NCBI GenBank assembly: GCA_965248355.1
Contig: OZ252098.1
Location: forward strand, 736,001-800,000
Direction of reading: 5' to 3'
Origin: Candidatus Latescibacterota bacterium
GTDB taxonomy: Bacteria; Latescibacterota; UBA2968; UBA8231
DNA length: 64,000 nt
Under the pieces are notes generated by a model. The model did no database searches. It was not told the DNA's origin and was given only the letters and a program-made list of their open reading frames with translations. A program made the translations under genes and the position numbers. This document shows, in pieces, positions 55,433 through 64,000 of the stretch (its first letter is position 1; the number at the start of each line of letters is the position of its first letter).

Positions 55433-56404
55433 GTGTTGAACCATCCGATTATCGTTCTGGGCGTAGAGCGCAGCGGGACGTCTGTCGTCGCTGAGATGAT
55501 ACACAGATGGGGTGCGTACGCTGGTGCTTCTGAAAAGCTGCACAAGGCCGACGCAAATGCGCCCAGAGGATATTGGGAATTCCTGCCGTTATGGGACTTG
55601 CTGGCCGAGTTGGCAGATTTCGCTTCCGGGGAGACCTGGTGGGACCGTGACTTCCAACAGCGCATGAGAGAGAAAGTTTCTGACCCGGCCTACCGAACGA
55701 AAGCCACTGAACTGATGCTCGAAATGGACACAGGTGGACCCTGGTTCTGGAAGGATCCTGCTCTTGCCCATTTCTTGCCGTTCTGGAAGAGGATATGGGG
55801 AGATGCGGTCTATGTCATCTCGCTCCGCAACCCTCGCGACATCGCAATATCCTGGCAGAAATTCATCATGCCGTGCAATGTGCAAGTCCGAATCTCCTTC
55901 CTGGCGATGAATCTGCTGCGATGGCAGCACATGATGACATTGATACTGAAGCACACGGAAGATGCGGCGCACCGGCTGTTTCTTGGATACGAAGACATCA
56001 TGCGTCAACCCCGTGAGCAGGCTGGGAGATTGTCCGACTTCCTGAACGTCAGTTTCGGAAAGCAAGTCTCAAGGACCGAGGTGATGGCCGAGGCGGTTGA
56101 TTCTCGACTGTGGCGAAACAACTGCAGGATCCCCTTTGAGGAAGTGACTGAAGCTACAGATCAACAGAAGGCCCTCTATGCCTTTGCAAGGCGGAAGATC
56201 AAGAGTCCCTTGGAGCGTTTCGACATTGCGAGGTATCCACTGCCGCCCGGTCACCTTGAATTCCTGAATATCCAAGAGGCTCTCCTGATGGCCTGCCGCG
56301 ACCTTGAAGCACAAACGAAGGTCTCTGAAGCCGTGCCCCGCCAGGAGACCTCTGCGAAACCGGCTGGAGGTTCGTGGGCTACTGAGAGGCGGACGTGCTG
56401 CTAA
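55433..56404 (+). CDS. Sulfotransferase-family protein
   Basis: VLGVERSGTS (5'-PSB loop), NAPRGYWE, WKDP, LRNPRDIAISW, YEDIM; lower-GC composition. Confidence 0.8.
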   Translation: MLNHPIIVLGVERSGTSVVAEMIHRWGAYAGASEKLHKADANAPRGYWEFLPLWDLLAELADFASGETWWDRDFQQRMREKVSDPAYRTKATELMLEMDTGGPWFWKDPALAHFLPFWKRIWGDAVYVISLRNPRDIAISWQKFIMPCNVQVRISFLAMNLLRWQHMMTLILKHTEDAAHRLFLGYEDIMRQPREQAGRLSDFLNVSFGKQVSRTEVMAEAVDSRLWRNNCRIPFEEVTEATDQQKALYAFARRKIKSPLERFDIARYPLPPGHLEFLNIQEALLMACRDLEAQTKVSEAVPRQETSAKPAGGSWATERRTCC

Positions 56405-56434
56405 GATGGGTCTTCACGATGTTCGAGGCATCGA

Positions 56435-56580
56435 CAACCCATTGGTTTGGAAATCACGGCACCGGAACAGATGACGGCTGCCCAGATCAACCCCGTTCTG
56501 TAGCCTTGATCTTTCTCCCATGAAGGAGGAGGACTTGTCGCCGCTCGAGGCCGTGTGACTTTGGCAACGCGCGTGCAGCA
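56435..56580 (+). repeat. Direct repeat B, copy 2 (DUF2283 fragment, pseudogenised)
   Basis: Copy of 50419-50566 with indels and a premature TAG. Confidence 0.8.
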
Positions 56581-56599
56581 AGCCAGGGAGACTCTTCCA

Positions 56600-56767
56600 A
56601 TGAAGTACAAGGTCGCACTGAAGGAGTCCGACGAGGGATACAGCGTTTCTGTGCCTGCACTACCTGGGTGTTGGTCACAGGGCGCAACACAGATGGAGGC
56701 GCTTGCGAACATCGAAGTGGCTATACGCGAGTACCTGGCAGCTGTCGACCAATTGCGGGAAGGCTGA
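56600..56767 (+). CDS. hicB: HicB-family antitoxin (short, orphan)
   Basis: GYSVSVPALPGCWSQGATQMEALANIEVAI; no hicA seen nearby. Confidence 0.75.
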   Translation: MKYKVALKESDEGYSVSVPALPGCWSQGATQMEALANIEVAIREYLAAVDQLREG

Positions 56768-56825
56768 AGTTCGGGAGGTTGTCGAAGAGGAGTTCTGCTT
56801 GTCCCCTGACAGCGTCCCACCTCGC

Positions 56826-57242
56826 ATGAGCTACCCGGGCGTGGTCCGAGGCATTCAGCGGCACGAGGGCCTCGATGATCCCGTTTTCCTCGGAGCCGGA
56901 GAGGATGCCTGGGCTTTCGCGCTCTCCGATACCGAGGCGATCCGCATCTTCCCGCACGCGTCGAAGAGCTTCGTGTCGGAGCTGGTGCATCTCTACGATC
57001 GGCTCCAGGGACACTCCTTCTCCTTCCAGTGTCCGCGCATCCATGACGTGCGGACCCACGAGGGGGTCGTCTACACCAAAGAGGTTAGGCTCCCCGGACG
57101 CCCGATGGGGGAGTTCTGCCGGGAGGCCGATGGGGAAGCCCGGCGGCGGGTCCTGCGGAACTACCTGAAGGCGGTGCGGGAGCTGGCAGGGGTCGAGATG
57201 AGCGACCGTGACTTCGAGGATTCTGTCTCGGCTGGTGCCTAA
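56826..57242 (+). pseudogene. N-terminal fragment of an aminoglycoside phosphotransferase/kinase-like protein
   Basis: FLGAGEDAWAF, CPRIHDV, EVRLPG; ends before any HGD motif. Confidence 0.45.
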
Positions 57243-57346
57243 CGCGCCTGTACGGCGATTGTGCTTGCGTCCCTGTATCGGGGAGACTCGCGGATCGTTC
57301 GGAAGTGTCTGAGAGCCCTGCACGAGACGGCTGGAGTGCTCTGACC

Positions 57347-59353
57347 ATGAAGAGTCGAATTGCCCATCCCTGTTCAACTGTGAGCCTTCATCTCTTCGGC
57401 GCCTGCGTAACCGCGGCGCTCGTCGGCACACTGCGCCCGGCTTCAGCCACGGAAGGCGGCCCCAACACCTACGGCCGCCACCCTGTGAAGATGACTCTCC
57501 CGGGAAGCCTGCGCGGCTTTCTGGAGAACGGGGAGGTGATTATCACGGCCCGGGACAGCAGCCTGCAGTACTGGGATGTGATCGGCGGGGAGCTACGAGA
57601 TTCGGTGAACATGGGAATCGGCGTGGAACAGAGCGTGCTCTCGCCGGACGGCGCCAACCTGGCCCTGGTAAAGACCTATGAGAAAAGCCCGGAGAACTGG
57701 CTCTTCAAAGTGCTCCTGGTGAACGTCGCCAGTGGGGACCTCGTGGAGACCGACGGGACGACGAATTGGCGGGGAACCCTCGCCTTCTCCCCGGACGGCA
57801 CTACCCTGGCCCACAGAACGCCTGATGAAATCCACCTGTTTGAAGTGGCCACGGGTCGGATCCAGGACGTTCTTCCCGACTCCACCTGGCAAGGTAGTTG
57901 GCCCTCCGACGGCATGGCCTTCTCCTCGGACGGATCGCTCCTGGCCAGCATCTACCGGAATGGAGATTCAGGAATCCATCTGTGGGACCTCGATAGCGGG
58001 AGACTGAGTGCGACGATCCCGATTGAGTATCCTCCCCATGACCTGGCCTTCTCGTCCGATGGGTCGACCTTGGGCACGGCCGATGGCCTGTGGGACGTCG
58101 CCAGTGGCCAACGGCTCTCCAGCTTCGCGTTCGGCTTCGGATACCGCGAGACCGTGGCCTATTCCCCGGACGGGGAGACCCTGGCCGCCTGCGACTGGTT
58201 CGAGGTCGCCCTATGGGACAAGGACGGCCGATGGAAGGCCCTTCTGACAAGCGGTGCCTCTGGATACCGGAATGTGACGTATTCGCCTGACGGATCGCTC
58301 CTGGCGAGCACGACAGACGGTTACCCTGGGCCGAGAGTCCTGATATGGGACTTGAGGGCCTATCCACCCCACAGTCCCGTGCGGGGGGAGGTCGTCCTGG
58401 TGGATTCTCTCGGGAACCCGATCCCGGACATGGAGCTGTCGTTGGCGCATGATGAGTTCTACTCCTGGATCACGGAGACGGACTCCGAGGGCCGGGCGCC
58501 GCTCTGGGTCTATCGTGACGGGTATCACGGGGTGCGAACCCACTACGAGTGGCCGGGCCTGGAGGAGTATCTGTACGCCTACTGGCCGCAGACTCGCTGG
58601 AGTTATATCCCCTTGCTCCGGGACCGTCGGTTCATCCTGACGCTGACGCTGGTGGGAGGAGTCGCCCCGGTGGGCGACTCCTCCCCGGGAAATTTCACCA
58701 CGCCGGACCGACTGCGACCCTGGGACATCGCAGGCCTCCCGGTCCATCGCATCGAAGTAGAGGTCCGGGTGCCCGACCATACGGATCATCGGGAAGGGGA
58801 CCATGTCCGGATGGCTCGCTCCATCTCCGGACAGCTCGATCGACATACCTGGATTGCGGAGCTCGATTCTACCGGGAGCGCCCAGTTGCCCATCGCCACG
58901 ACGTCCCGATCCACGGGATTCTATCAGGCGGAGTTCCGCGGGTACAGGGAAGGGTCCGGATCCGACCTGTTGGGTTCCTGGAACAGCATTCCTCTCAACG
59001 AGGGGCGGCGTTACATCCTCGAACTCCCGCCCGGCCGCCCGGCGCGACTCACGTCCCTGGGGGCGATGAAGACAGCCATTCCAGCCTCTTCCGAGAGGAG
59101 TCTCGGCCGGAACGTCCCGAACCCTTTCAACGAGACAACGCGGATCCCGTATCGCCTGGTCGAGCCTGGCCGCGTGCGGCTGGTGATCTACAACGCCATG
59201 GGCCAACCGGTGCGCACCCTGATCGACAGGTTCCAGAGGGCCGGGGACTACCAGGTTGTATGGGACGCTCGAGACCTCGCCTCCGGAGTCTACTTGGCGC
59301 GTCTGTCCGGGCCCCGCGGTGTGGAGACAGGCCGGTTGCTTCTTCTCAAGTAG
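57347..59353 (+). CDS. Secreted WD40-repeat protein with C-terminal FlgD-Ig/T9SS-type domain
   Basis: Repeated AFSPDG..LA..LWD units; C-terminal NVPNPFNETTRIPY...IYNAMGQPVRTL...LASGVYL. Confidence 0.85.
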   Translation: MKSRIAHPCSTVSLHLFGACVTAALVGTLRPASATEGGPNTYGRHPVKMTLPGSLRGFLENGEVIITARDSSLQYWDVIGGELRDSVNMGIGVEQSVLSPDGANLALVKTYEKSPENWLFKVLLVNVASGDLVETDGTTNWRGTLAFSPDGTTLAHRTPDEIHLFEVATGRIQDVLPDSTWQGSWPSDGMAFSSDGSLLASIYRNGDSGIHLWDLDSGRLSATIPIEYPPHDLAFSSDGSTLGTADGLWDVASGQRLSSFAFGFGYRETVAYSPDGETLAACDWFEVALWDKDGRWKALLTSGASGYRNVTYSPDGSLLASTTDGYPGPRVLIWDLRAYPPHSPVRGEVVLVDSLGNPIPDMELSLAHDEFYSWITETDSEGRAPLWVYRDGYHGVRTHYEWPGLEEYLYAYWPQTRWSYIPLLRDRRFILTLTLVGGVAPVGDSSPGNFTTPDRLRPWDIAGLPVHRIEVEVRVPDHTDHREGDHVRMARSISGQLDRHTWIAELDSTGSAQLPIATTSRSTGFYQAEFRGYREGSGSDLLGSWNSIPLNEGRRYILELPPGRPARLTSLGAMKTAIPASSERSLGRNVPNPFNETTRIPYRLVEPGRVRLVIYNAMGQPVRTLIDRFQRAGDYQVVWDARDLASGVYLARLSGPRGVETGRLLLLK

Positions 59354-59380
59354 AAGCCCCGACTCCTGCCAGCCCCCCGA

Positions 59381-59926
59381 ATGACCTTGATGTGGACGAC
59401 CAGGAACCCCCCCCTCCGGGTGCAGACAACCCGGTTGAGCACCTTCGAACGCGAAAGGGCCAGCTGGCCGGTCTCGCTCCGGCGAAGGCACTCGGCGGAT
59501 GCCGGCCGAACCTGGGTCTTCAGCGATGGGGGCGGGAGCGGCAGGTTCTCGGCGGTGGTCATCCGTCCGGGAATCGAGGAGCACCGGATGTCCGGACAGC
59601 GAGATTCCCCGTCCAACAGCGTGGTAGCCGAGCTGGACGGTGTCGTGCTGGGTCTGGAGAACTGCCGACCCCGTGAAAGGGTCACGATCGTCTCCGACTA
59701 CCTCTGGACGGCATACTACATCAACGGCTGGCGCCGGGTGCACCATCCTCATCTGCGCGAAGGGGTGATCCGGGCGAGGTCCTGCCTCGAGAAGTTGGGG
59801 AGTGCCGTGTTCGTCCATTACGTGCTGGAGACGGGGGGCGAGTGCGCCTTCAGGCGATGGAACGCGGTCGCTCATGACCTGTGTCAGGAAAGCTCGACAA
59901 CTTCGCGCGCTGCTACCAGTATTTGA
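59381..59926 (+). CDS. Divergent ribonuclease HI-fold protein
   Basis: VFSDG, SVVAELDG, IVSDY, WNAVAHDL match the RNase HI D-E-D-(D) layout. Confidence 0.6.
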   Translation: MTLMWTTRNPPLRVQTTRLSTFERERASWPVSLRRRHSADAGRTWVFSDGGGSGRFSAVVIRPGIEEHRMSGQRDSPSNSVVAELDGVVLGLENCRPRERVTIVSDYLWTAYYINGWRRVHHPHLREGVIRARSCLEKLGSAVFVHYVLETGGECAFRRWNAVAHDLCQESSTTSRAATSI

Positions 59927-59957
59927 CGTCGGTTCCTCTTCTCATGGCGAGGCCATC

Positions 59958-61142
59958 ATGACCAGCACCCTGACCGATCGACAGATCGCCGATTACCGTT
60001 CAGACGGCTACCTCATCATCCGCGATGTCGTCTCCTCTCAGGAGACCTCGGAACTGAGGCGCATCGTCCAGCGGATGGTCGGCGAAGAAGCGTACCCATC
60101 CTCTCGGAAATACCCCGCACCCGGCAAGTACACCATCGGCGGCAACCGTCTCGCCGAACCCGGATTGTCGCCCATTGCCGAGCATCCTGCCGTCGTCGAG
60201 GCCGTCGAAGCCATACTTGGGCCACCCGTTCATCTGACCGCCTACGTCGCCTATCTGCGCTCCCCGGGCGACAAAGGCGGCAGGGCTCACTGCGACTACA
60301 AGCGGTGGCGACCCGTGGGCTCTTCAATGCGCTGGCTCTTTGCCATCATCCCATTGAACGACTTCAACCGCGAGTACGGCCCGCTGCTGGTCTCGCCCGG
60401 CTCCCACAAACTCACGCAGGTCGTCGACCCGGAGGCGCACATCCTGGATGTCACGCTCCCAGATCGCGAGCAACTACCCGACCTTGTCGATCCCGAGCTT
60501 GGGGCCGGCGACCTGCTGCTGATGGACATGTATACCTGGCACGGCGCACCGGGAGGGACCACTTCCGATGACCGCGTCGGGATCTTCAACAAGTACTGTG
60601 CCGTCAACGCACCGCCCGCCGCGGGCTACTATCCATACGACGGCACCGCCTACGATGCGTTGAGCGACGCCGGCAAGCGGCTGATACCGCTGCACTTCGA
60701 CCAATCGATCACGGACACCCGGCTGCTCATCGAATCGACATCCGGTGCGGAGTCGCGGTATCTCCTGACCAGCGCGGACGGCAATGGGAGCTGGGAACTG
60801 CCCGGTGGCCCAAGTCGGGAAGAAGAAGGGGCCGGCTGGGACATCGGCTGTCGAATCGGCTCCCTGCAGTCGCTCGTCAAGAGTCGGTTGAACGTCGATC
60901 TCCCGTGGGCATCCTACATCGAGGATGTCCCAACCGATGGGGGCGTATCCCGCGTCTACGGGTATGACGGCGAAGTGGATCGCGGGTCACTCGGCGCCGA
61001 GAACTGGTTCACGCAGGACCAGCTCCTGAACATGCTCGGCGAGTCGCACGCCATCTGCCGCGCTGTCTCGACCTGGCACCGGGAGGACCTCATTCGGGGC
61101 AAAGGCAAGGCTGTCCGCCAGAAGCCAGTGCAGTTCGAATAG
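59958..61142 (+). CDS. PhyH-family dioxygenase with degenerate NUDIX-like C-terminal domain
   Basis: YRSDGYL, AHCD, SPGSH, WHG; then YLL...WELPGG. Confidence 0.7.
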   Translation: MTSTLTDRQIADYRSDGYLIIRDVVSSQETSELRRIVQRMVGEEAYPSSRKYPAPGKYTIGGNRLAEPGLSPIAEHPAVVEAVEAILGPPVHLTAYVAYLRSPGDKGGRAHCDYKRWRPVGSSMRWLFAIIPLNDFNREYGPLLVSPGSHKLTQVVDPEAHILDVTLPDREQLPDLVDPELGAGDLLLMDMYTWHGAPGGTTSDDRVGIFNKYCAVNAPPAAGYYPYDGTAYDALSDAGKRLIPLHFDQSITDTRLLIESTSGAESRYLLTSADGNGSWELPGGPSREEEGAGWDIGCRIGSLQSLVKSRLNVDLPWASYIEDVPTDGGVSRVYGYDGEVDRGSLGAENWFTQDQLLNMLGESHAICRAVSTWHREDLIRGKGKAVRQKPVQFE

Positions 61143-61151
61143 GAGCCGCCC

Positions 61152-62420
61152 ATGACATCCGATGCAGTGGCCCGTGATCAACCGCGCGAGCACGCCCGCT
61201 ACGGAGCCGCCTCCCAGCAGGAGGCCCGGGGACCGCTGCCGCAACCCTTCCCGCGGCAGATCGGACCTCGGGCCATGGAGTACCTGCAGGAGGTCGTCGA
61301 CTCCGGGCTCACCAGCGACATGGTGACCCGCTTCGAGCAGGCCTTCGCCGAGGCCCACGGCGCCGCCCACTGCATCGCCACGCCGGGGTGCACGCCGGCC
61401 CTGGCCGTGCTCGCCGCGGCCTTCGATTTCGAGCCGGGCGACGAGATCGTGGTCAGCTCGGTGAGCGACTACGGCACGGTGCAGGGCCTGATCAGCGGCG
61501 GCTACATCCCCGTCTTCGCGGATACCGCCCCGGGCACCGTCATCGTCAGCGCCGAGACGGTCGAGGCCTGCATCTCCGAGCGTACGCGGGCCATCCTCGT
61601 CGTGCACCTGACGGGGCTGATCTGCGACATGGACGGCATCAACGAAGTCGCCGCGCGTCACGGCCTGGTCGTGTACGAGGACGCCTGCCAGGCGGTCTTC
61701 GGGCGGTACAAGGGCCGCGGGGCCGGCACCCTGGCCACGGCGGGCGCCTTCTCCTTCGATTCGGAGAAGACCATGGGCTCCGACGTGGGGGGCTGCATCC
61801 TCACCGACGACGGGGAGCTGGCTGAGAGGGCCCGCTTCGTCGGTCAGAGCCGCGGCGGGGAGATGGTGGAGCACTTCGGGCGCGTGCACAGGGTGAACGG
61901 CTTCGCCCACCGCATGACCCAGTCCACGGCCGCCATCAGCCTGGCCCAGTTGGAGGTCATCCGTCCCCAGGTCGAGCACCGCGATCGCATGATCCGCCTG
62001 TTGAGCGGGCTTCTCGACGAGATCCCCGGCGTGTCGGCCCTGCCGATCCCGCCGGAGACCGAGGTCTACTCCTGCTGGATGGCGGGGTTCACCATCGACC
62101 CGGAGCCGTTCCGGTGCGGCACGGAGGAGTTCGGCGCCCAGGTGGCGGCCTCAGGCATCCCCGGGGCAGGCCAGGCGCGGTACTACCTGCTGCCGGCGGC
62201 GTTGCCGTATCTCGCAGAGGCGGCCGAGAAGCGCAGCTACCCGTACTCGCAACCGCCCGCCTCACGCACCTACCGCTACGATGCGGCCACCTGTCCGAAC
62301 GCGCAGGCGGTGCTGGAGCGCTTCATCCGCTGGAGCAGCTTCAGCGAGAAGTACGAGCCCCGCCACTGCGAGCAGGCGGCGCAGATCGTGCGCCGCGTCG
62401 CCGACGAGTACCGGCGATGA
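61152..62420 (+). CDS. DegT/DnrJ/EryC1/StrS PLP-dependent aminotransferase
   Basis: VHLTG...DMD, EDACQA, FSFDSEKTMGSDVGG. Confidence 0.88.
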   Translation: MTSDAVARDQPREHARYGAASQQEARGPLPQPFPRQIGPRAMEYLQEVVDSGLTSDMVTRFEQAFAEAHGAAHCIATPGCTPALAVLAAAFDFEPGDEIVVSSVSDYGTVQGLISGGYIPVFADTAPGTVIVSAETVEACISERTRAILVVHLTGLICDMDGINEVAARHGLVVYEDACQAVFGRYKGRGAGTLATAGAFSFDSEKTMGSDVGGCILTDDGELAERARFVGQSRGGEMVEHFGRVHRVNGFAHRMTQSTAAISLAQLEVIRPQVEHRDRMIRLLSGLLDEIPGVSALPIPPETEVYSCWMAGFTIDPEPFRCGTEEFGAQVAASGIPGAGQARYYLLPAALPYLAEAAEKRSYPYSQPPASRTYRYDAATCPNAQAVLERFIRWSSFSEKYEPRHCEQAAQIVRRVADEYRR

Positions 62421-63193
62421 CGGGTGCCACTCTGCAGCTCGCCGCCCGCTACTACCGGGCTCGGCCCATCGACCGCCCGGGGTACGAGGAGGTTACGTTG
62501 TCGCTGCCGGTGGAGCGGACGGCCCTCGTGGGCATGCACTGCTGGAACATCGGCTGCCCCGACGGTCCGCCCGTGGACGTGGACTACTGCGTCGGCATGG
62601 GCTGGCCCCAGTCGGCGCGGGAGGCCGGGCGCATCATGGCCGAGGTCATCCGCCCGGCCATGGACGAGGCCCGCTCCGTCGGCATGGCGGTCTGCCACGT
62701 GGAGAGCGACTGGATGGACCACCAGTACCCCCACATCGAGTCGCGCCGTCCGGCCGAGCCGTCCCGCTTGCATCCCCGCCAGCAGGAGATGCTCGATCGC
62801 GCTCACGGCGTCGACTACATGAAACGCCCGCCGCTGGCGCAGATGCGGCGGGCCGAGGTCGTCTCGCCGGTGGGGGACGAGCCTCTCGTGTTCTACACCG
62901 ACGTGCTGGACGAGTACCTGCGCAGCCGCGGCGTGGAAACCCTCATCTACATGGGGTTCGCCGCCGACATGTGCCTCCTCGGCGCCGAGGGGGGAGCGCG
63001 GGCCATGCTGGCCCGCGGCTATCGCTGCGTCGTCATGCGCGACGGCACGGTCGGCGTGGAGACCCCGGAGAGCTTCCCGCAACGGCTGTCCACCAACTAC
63101 GCCCTTCACATCTTCGAGTGGAGCATCGGCTTCGGCTGCACCTTCGCGGAGTTCCGGCAGGCCGTAGAACAGGTGAGAGGTGAGCAATCATGA
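62417..63193 (+). CDS. Isochorismatase-family cysteine hydrolase
   Basis: RTALVGMHCWN, YLRSRGVETLIYMGFAADMC, RGYRCVVMRD. Confidence 0.75.
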   Translation: MTGATLQLAARYYRARPIDRPGYEEVTLSLPVERTALVGMHCWNIGCPDGPPVDVDYCVGMGWPQSAREAGRIMAEVIRPAMDEARSVGMAVCHVESDWMDHQYPHIESRRPAEPSRLHPRQQEMLDRAHGVDYMKRPPLAQMRRAEVVSPVGDEPLVFYTDVLDEYLRSRGVETLIYMGFAADMCLLGAEGGARAMLARGYRCVVMRDGTVGVETPESFPQRLSTNYALHIFEWSIGFGCTFAEFRQAVEQVRGEQS

Positions 63194-64000
63194 GCCTGCG
63201 CATCTGCCCCTGGAAGCACGGCAAGCGCTGGGTCTACTCGATCACCTACGACGAGGCCCTGGCCGACCTGCACCGCTTCGCCGTCCCAATGCACGAGGAG
63301 TACGCAATCCCCGGCCACGTGGAGCTCCTCGTCGGCCAGATGGGGGAGATCCGCAAGGCCGGAAACTCCAGCTACAACGGCTACCGCCACATGAACGGGG
63401 ACGAGCTGCGCGACCTGCTCGCCCGCGGCTGGGGGGTCGGCAACCACTCCTGGAGCCACCAGATCATCACGCCGGAGATGGTGGACGAGGAGATCGGCCG
63501 CGCCAAGCAGGTCCTGGAGGAGGCCATCGGCGAGCCCGTGATCCTCTACTGCTCGCCCGGCGACAACACGAACATGGCCGATCACGTGCTCGAGGCCTGC
63601 CGGCGCTACGGCTATCTCGGCGCCATGAGCCTGACGGACGCCCTCAACCTGCCAGGGGACGAGCTGTTCTGGATCAACCGCACGGCCCTGCACGACCACT
63701 ACTACGCCCCGTTCTACAGCGCCTACGACCCGTACCGCAACATCCGCCAGGCCGAGGCCGTGCAAGGCTGGCTCATCGACTACTGCCACTGCCCCCTGGA
63801 GACGGCCGTGCATCCCAACAAGGACTGCTCCGAGGCCCAGCTGCGGCAGCGCCTGGAGACGGTGCTGTCAGAGGGCGGCGACGAGGTCTGGTGCGCGGTG
63901 CCCGAGGAGGCCCTCAGCTATCACCTGATGCGGCGCCACGCTCAGGTCGAGGCCGTGGAGGACAGCGCCGAAGGGCAGCGCTACCGCATCGATCTGCCGG
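63190..64000 (+). CDS. Polysaccharide deacetylase (NodB/CE4-like), 3'-truncated by the window
   Basis: SITYDE, GWGVGNHSWSH, YCSPG; ATGA-coupled to the previous gene. Confidence 0.75.
   Translation, partial: MSLRICPWKHGKRWVYSITYDEALADLHRFAVPMHEEYAIPGHVELLVGQMGEIRKAGNSSYNGYRHMNGDELRDLLARGWGVGNHSWSHQIITPEMVDEEIGRAKQVLEEAIGEPVILYCSPGDNTNMADHVLEACRRYGYLGAMSLTDALNLPGDELFWINRTALHDHYYAPFYSAYDPYRNIRQAEAVQGWLIDYCHCPLETAVHPNKDCSEAQLRQRLETVLSEGGDEVWCAVPEEALSYHLMRRHAQVEAVEDSAEGQRYRIDLP

Noticed and set aside
57084..57243. GTTAGGC and GCCTAAC, resembling integron attC core sites
   Set aside because: Order is wrong for a single attC, both lie within an ORF, no convincing hairpin or array is present, and there is no integron integrase in the window
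1..64000. CRISPR array, tRNA/rRNA, IS element, prophage or DGR
   Set aside because: No regularly spaced repeats, RNA gene signatures, transposase, phage structural genes or RT seen; the duplicated NHL copy differs by indels, not adenine-specific substitutions

Overview
High-GC bacterial chromosomal window. Many ankyrin and PhyH-family genes plus a FlgD/T9SS-type C-terminal domain suggest an FCB-group, possibly Latescibacterota-like host-associated lineage (inference only). The main feature is a ~17.6-kb, largely translationally coupled defence operon (17529-35166). Its RM/BREX-like core is an XRE-HTH+SNF2 helicase+DUF3883 nuclease, a DUF1156 adenine methyltransferase and a DUF499 AAA+ ATPase. 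Four different ABC-type (AAA_21-like) ATPases, three TOPRIM-like partners and a decayed MNT-HEPN pair are nested between these core genes. Elsewhere: an ankyrin cluster with a Phd-ParE TA pair; glycan-processing genes; a 13-kb minus-strand catabolic cluster (PhyH x3, 2-oxoacid dehydrogenase E1 with a catalytic-domain-less E2, an amidohydrolase pair plus Rieske ferredoxin, a fused SBP-permease); a duplication-bounded variable region (NHL gene and DUF2283 gene each present twice around different cargo); and a PhyH-DegT-isochorismatase-deacetylase run. I saw no rRNA, tRNA, CRISPR array, integrase or transposase. Family assignments come from motif recognition by eye, not database searches.
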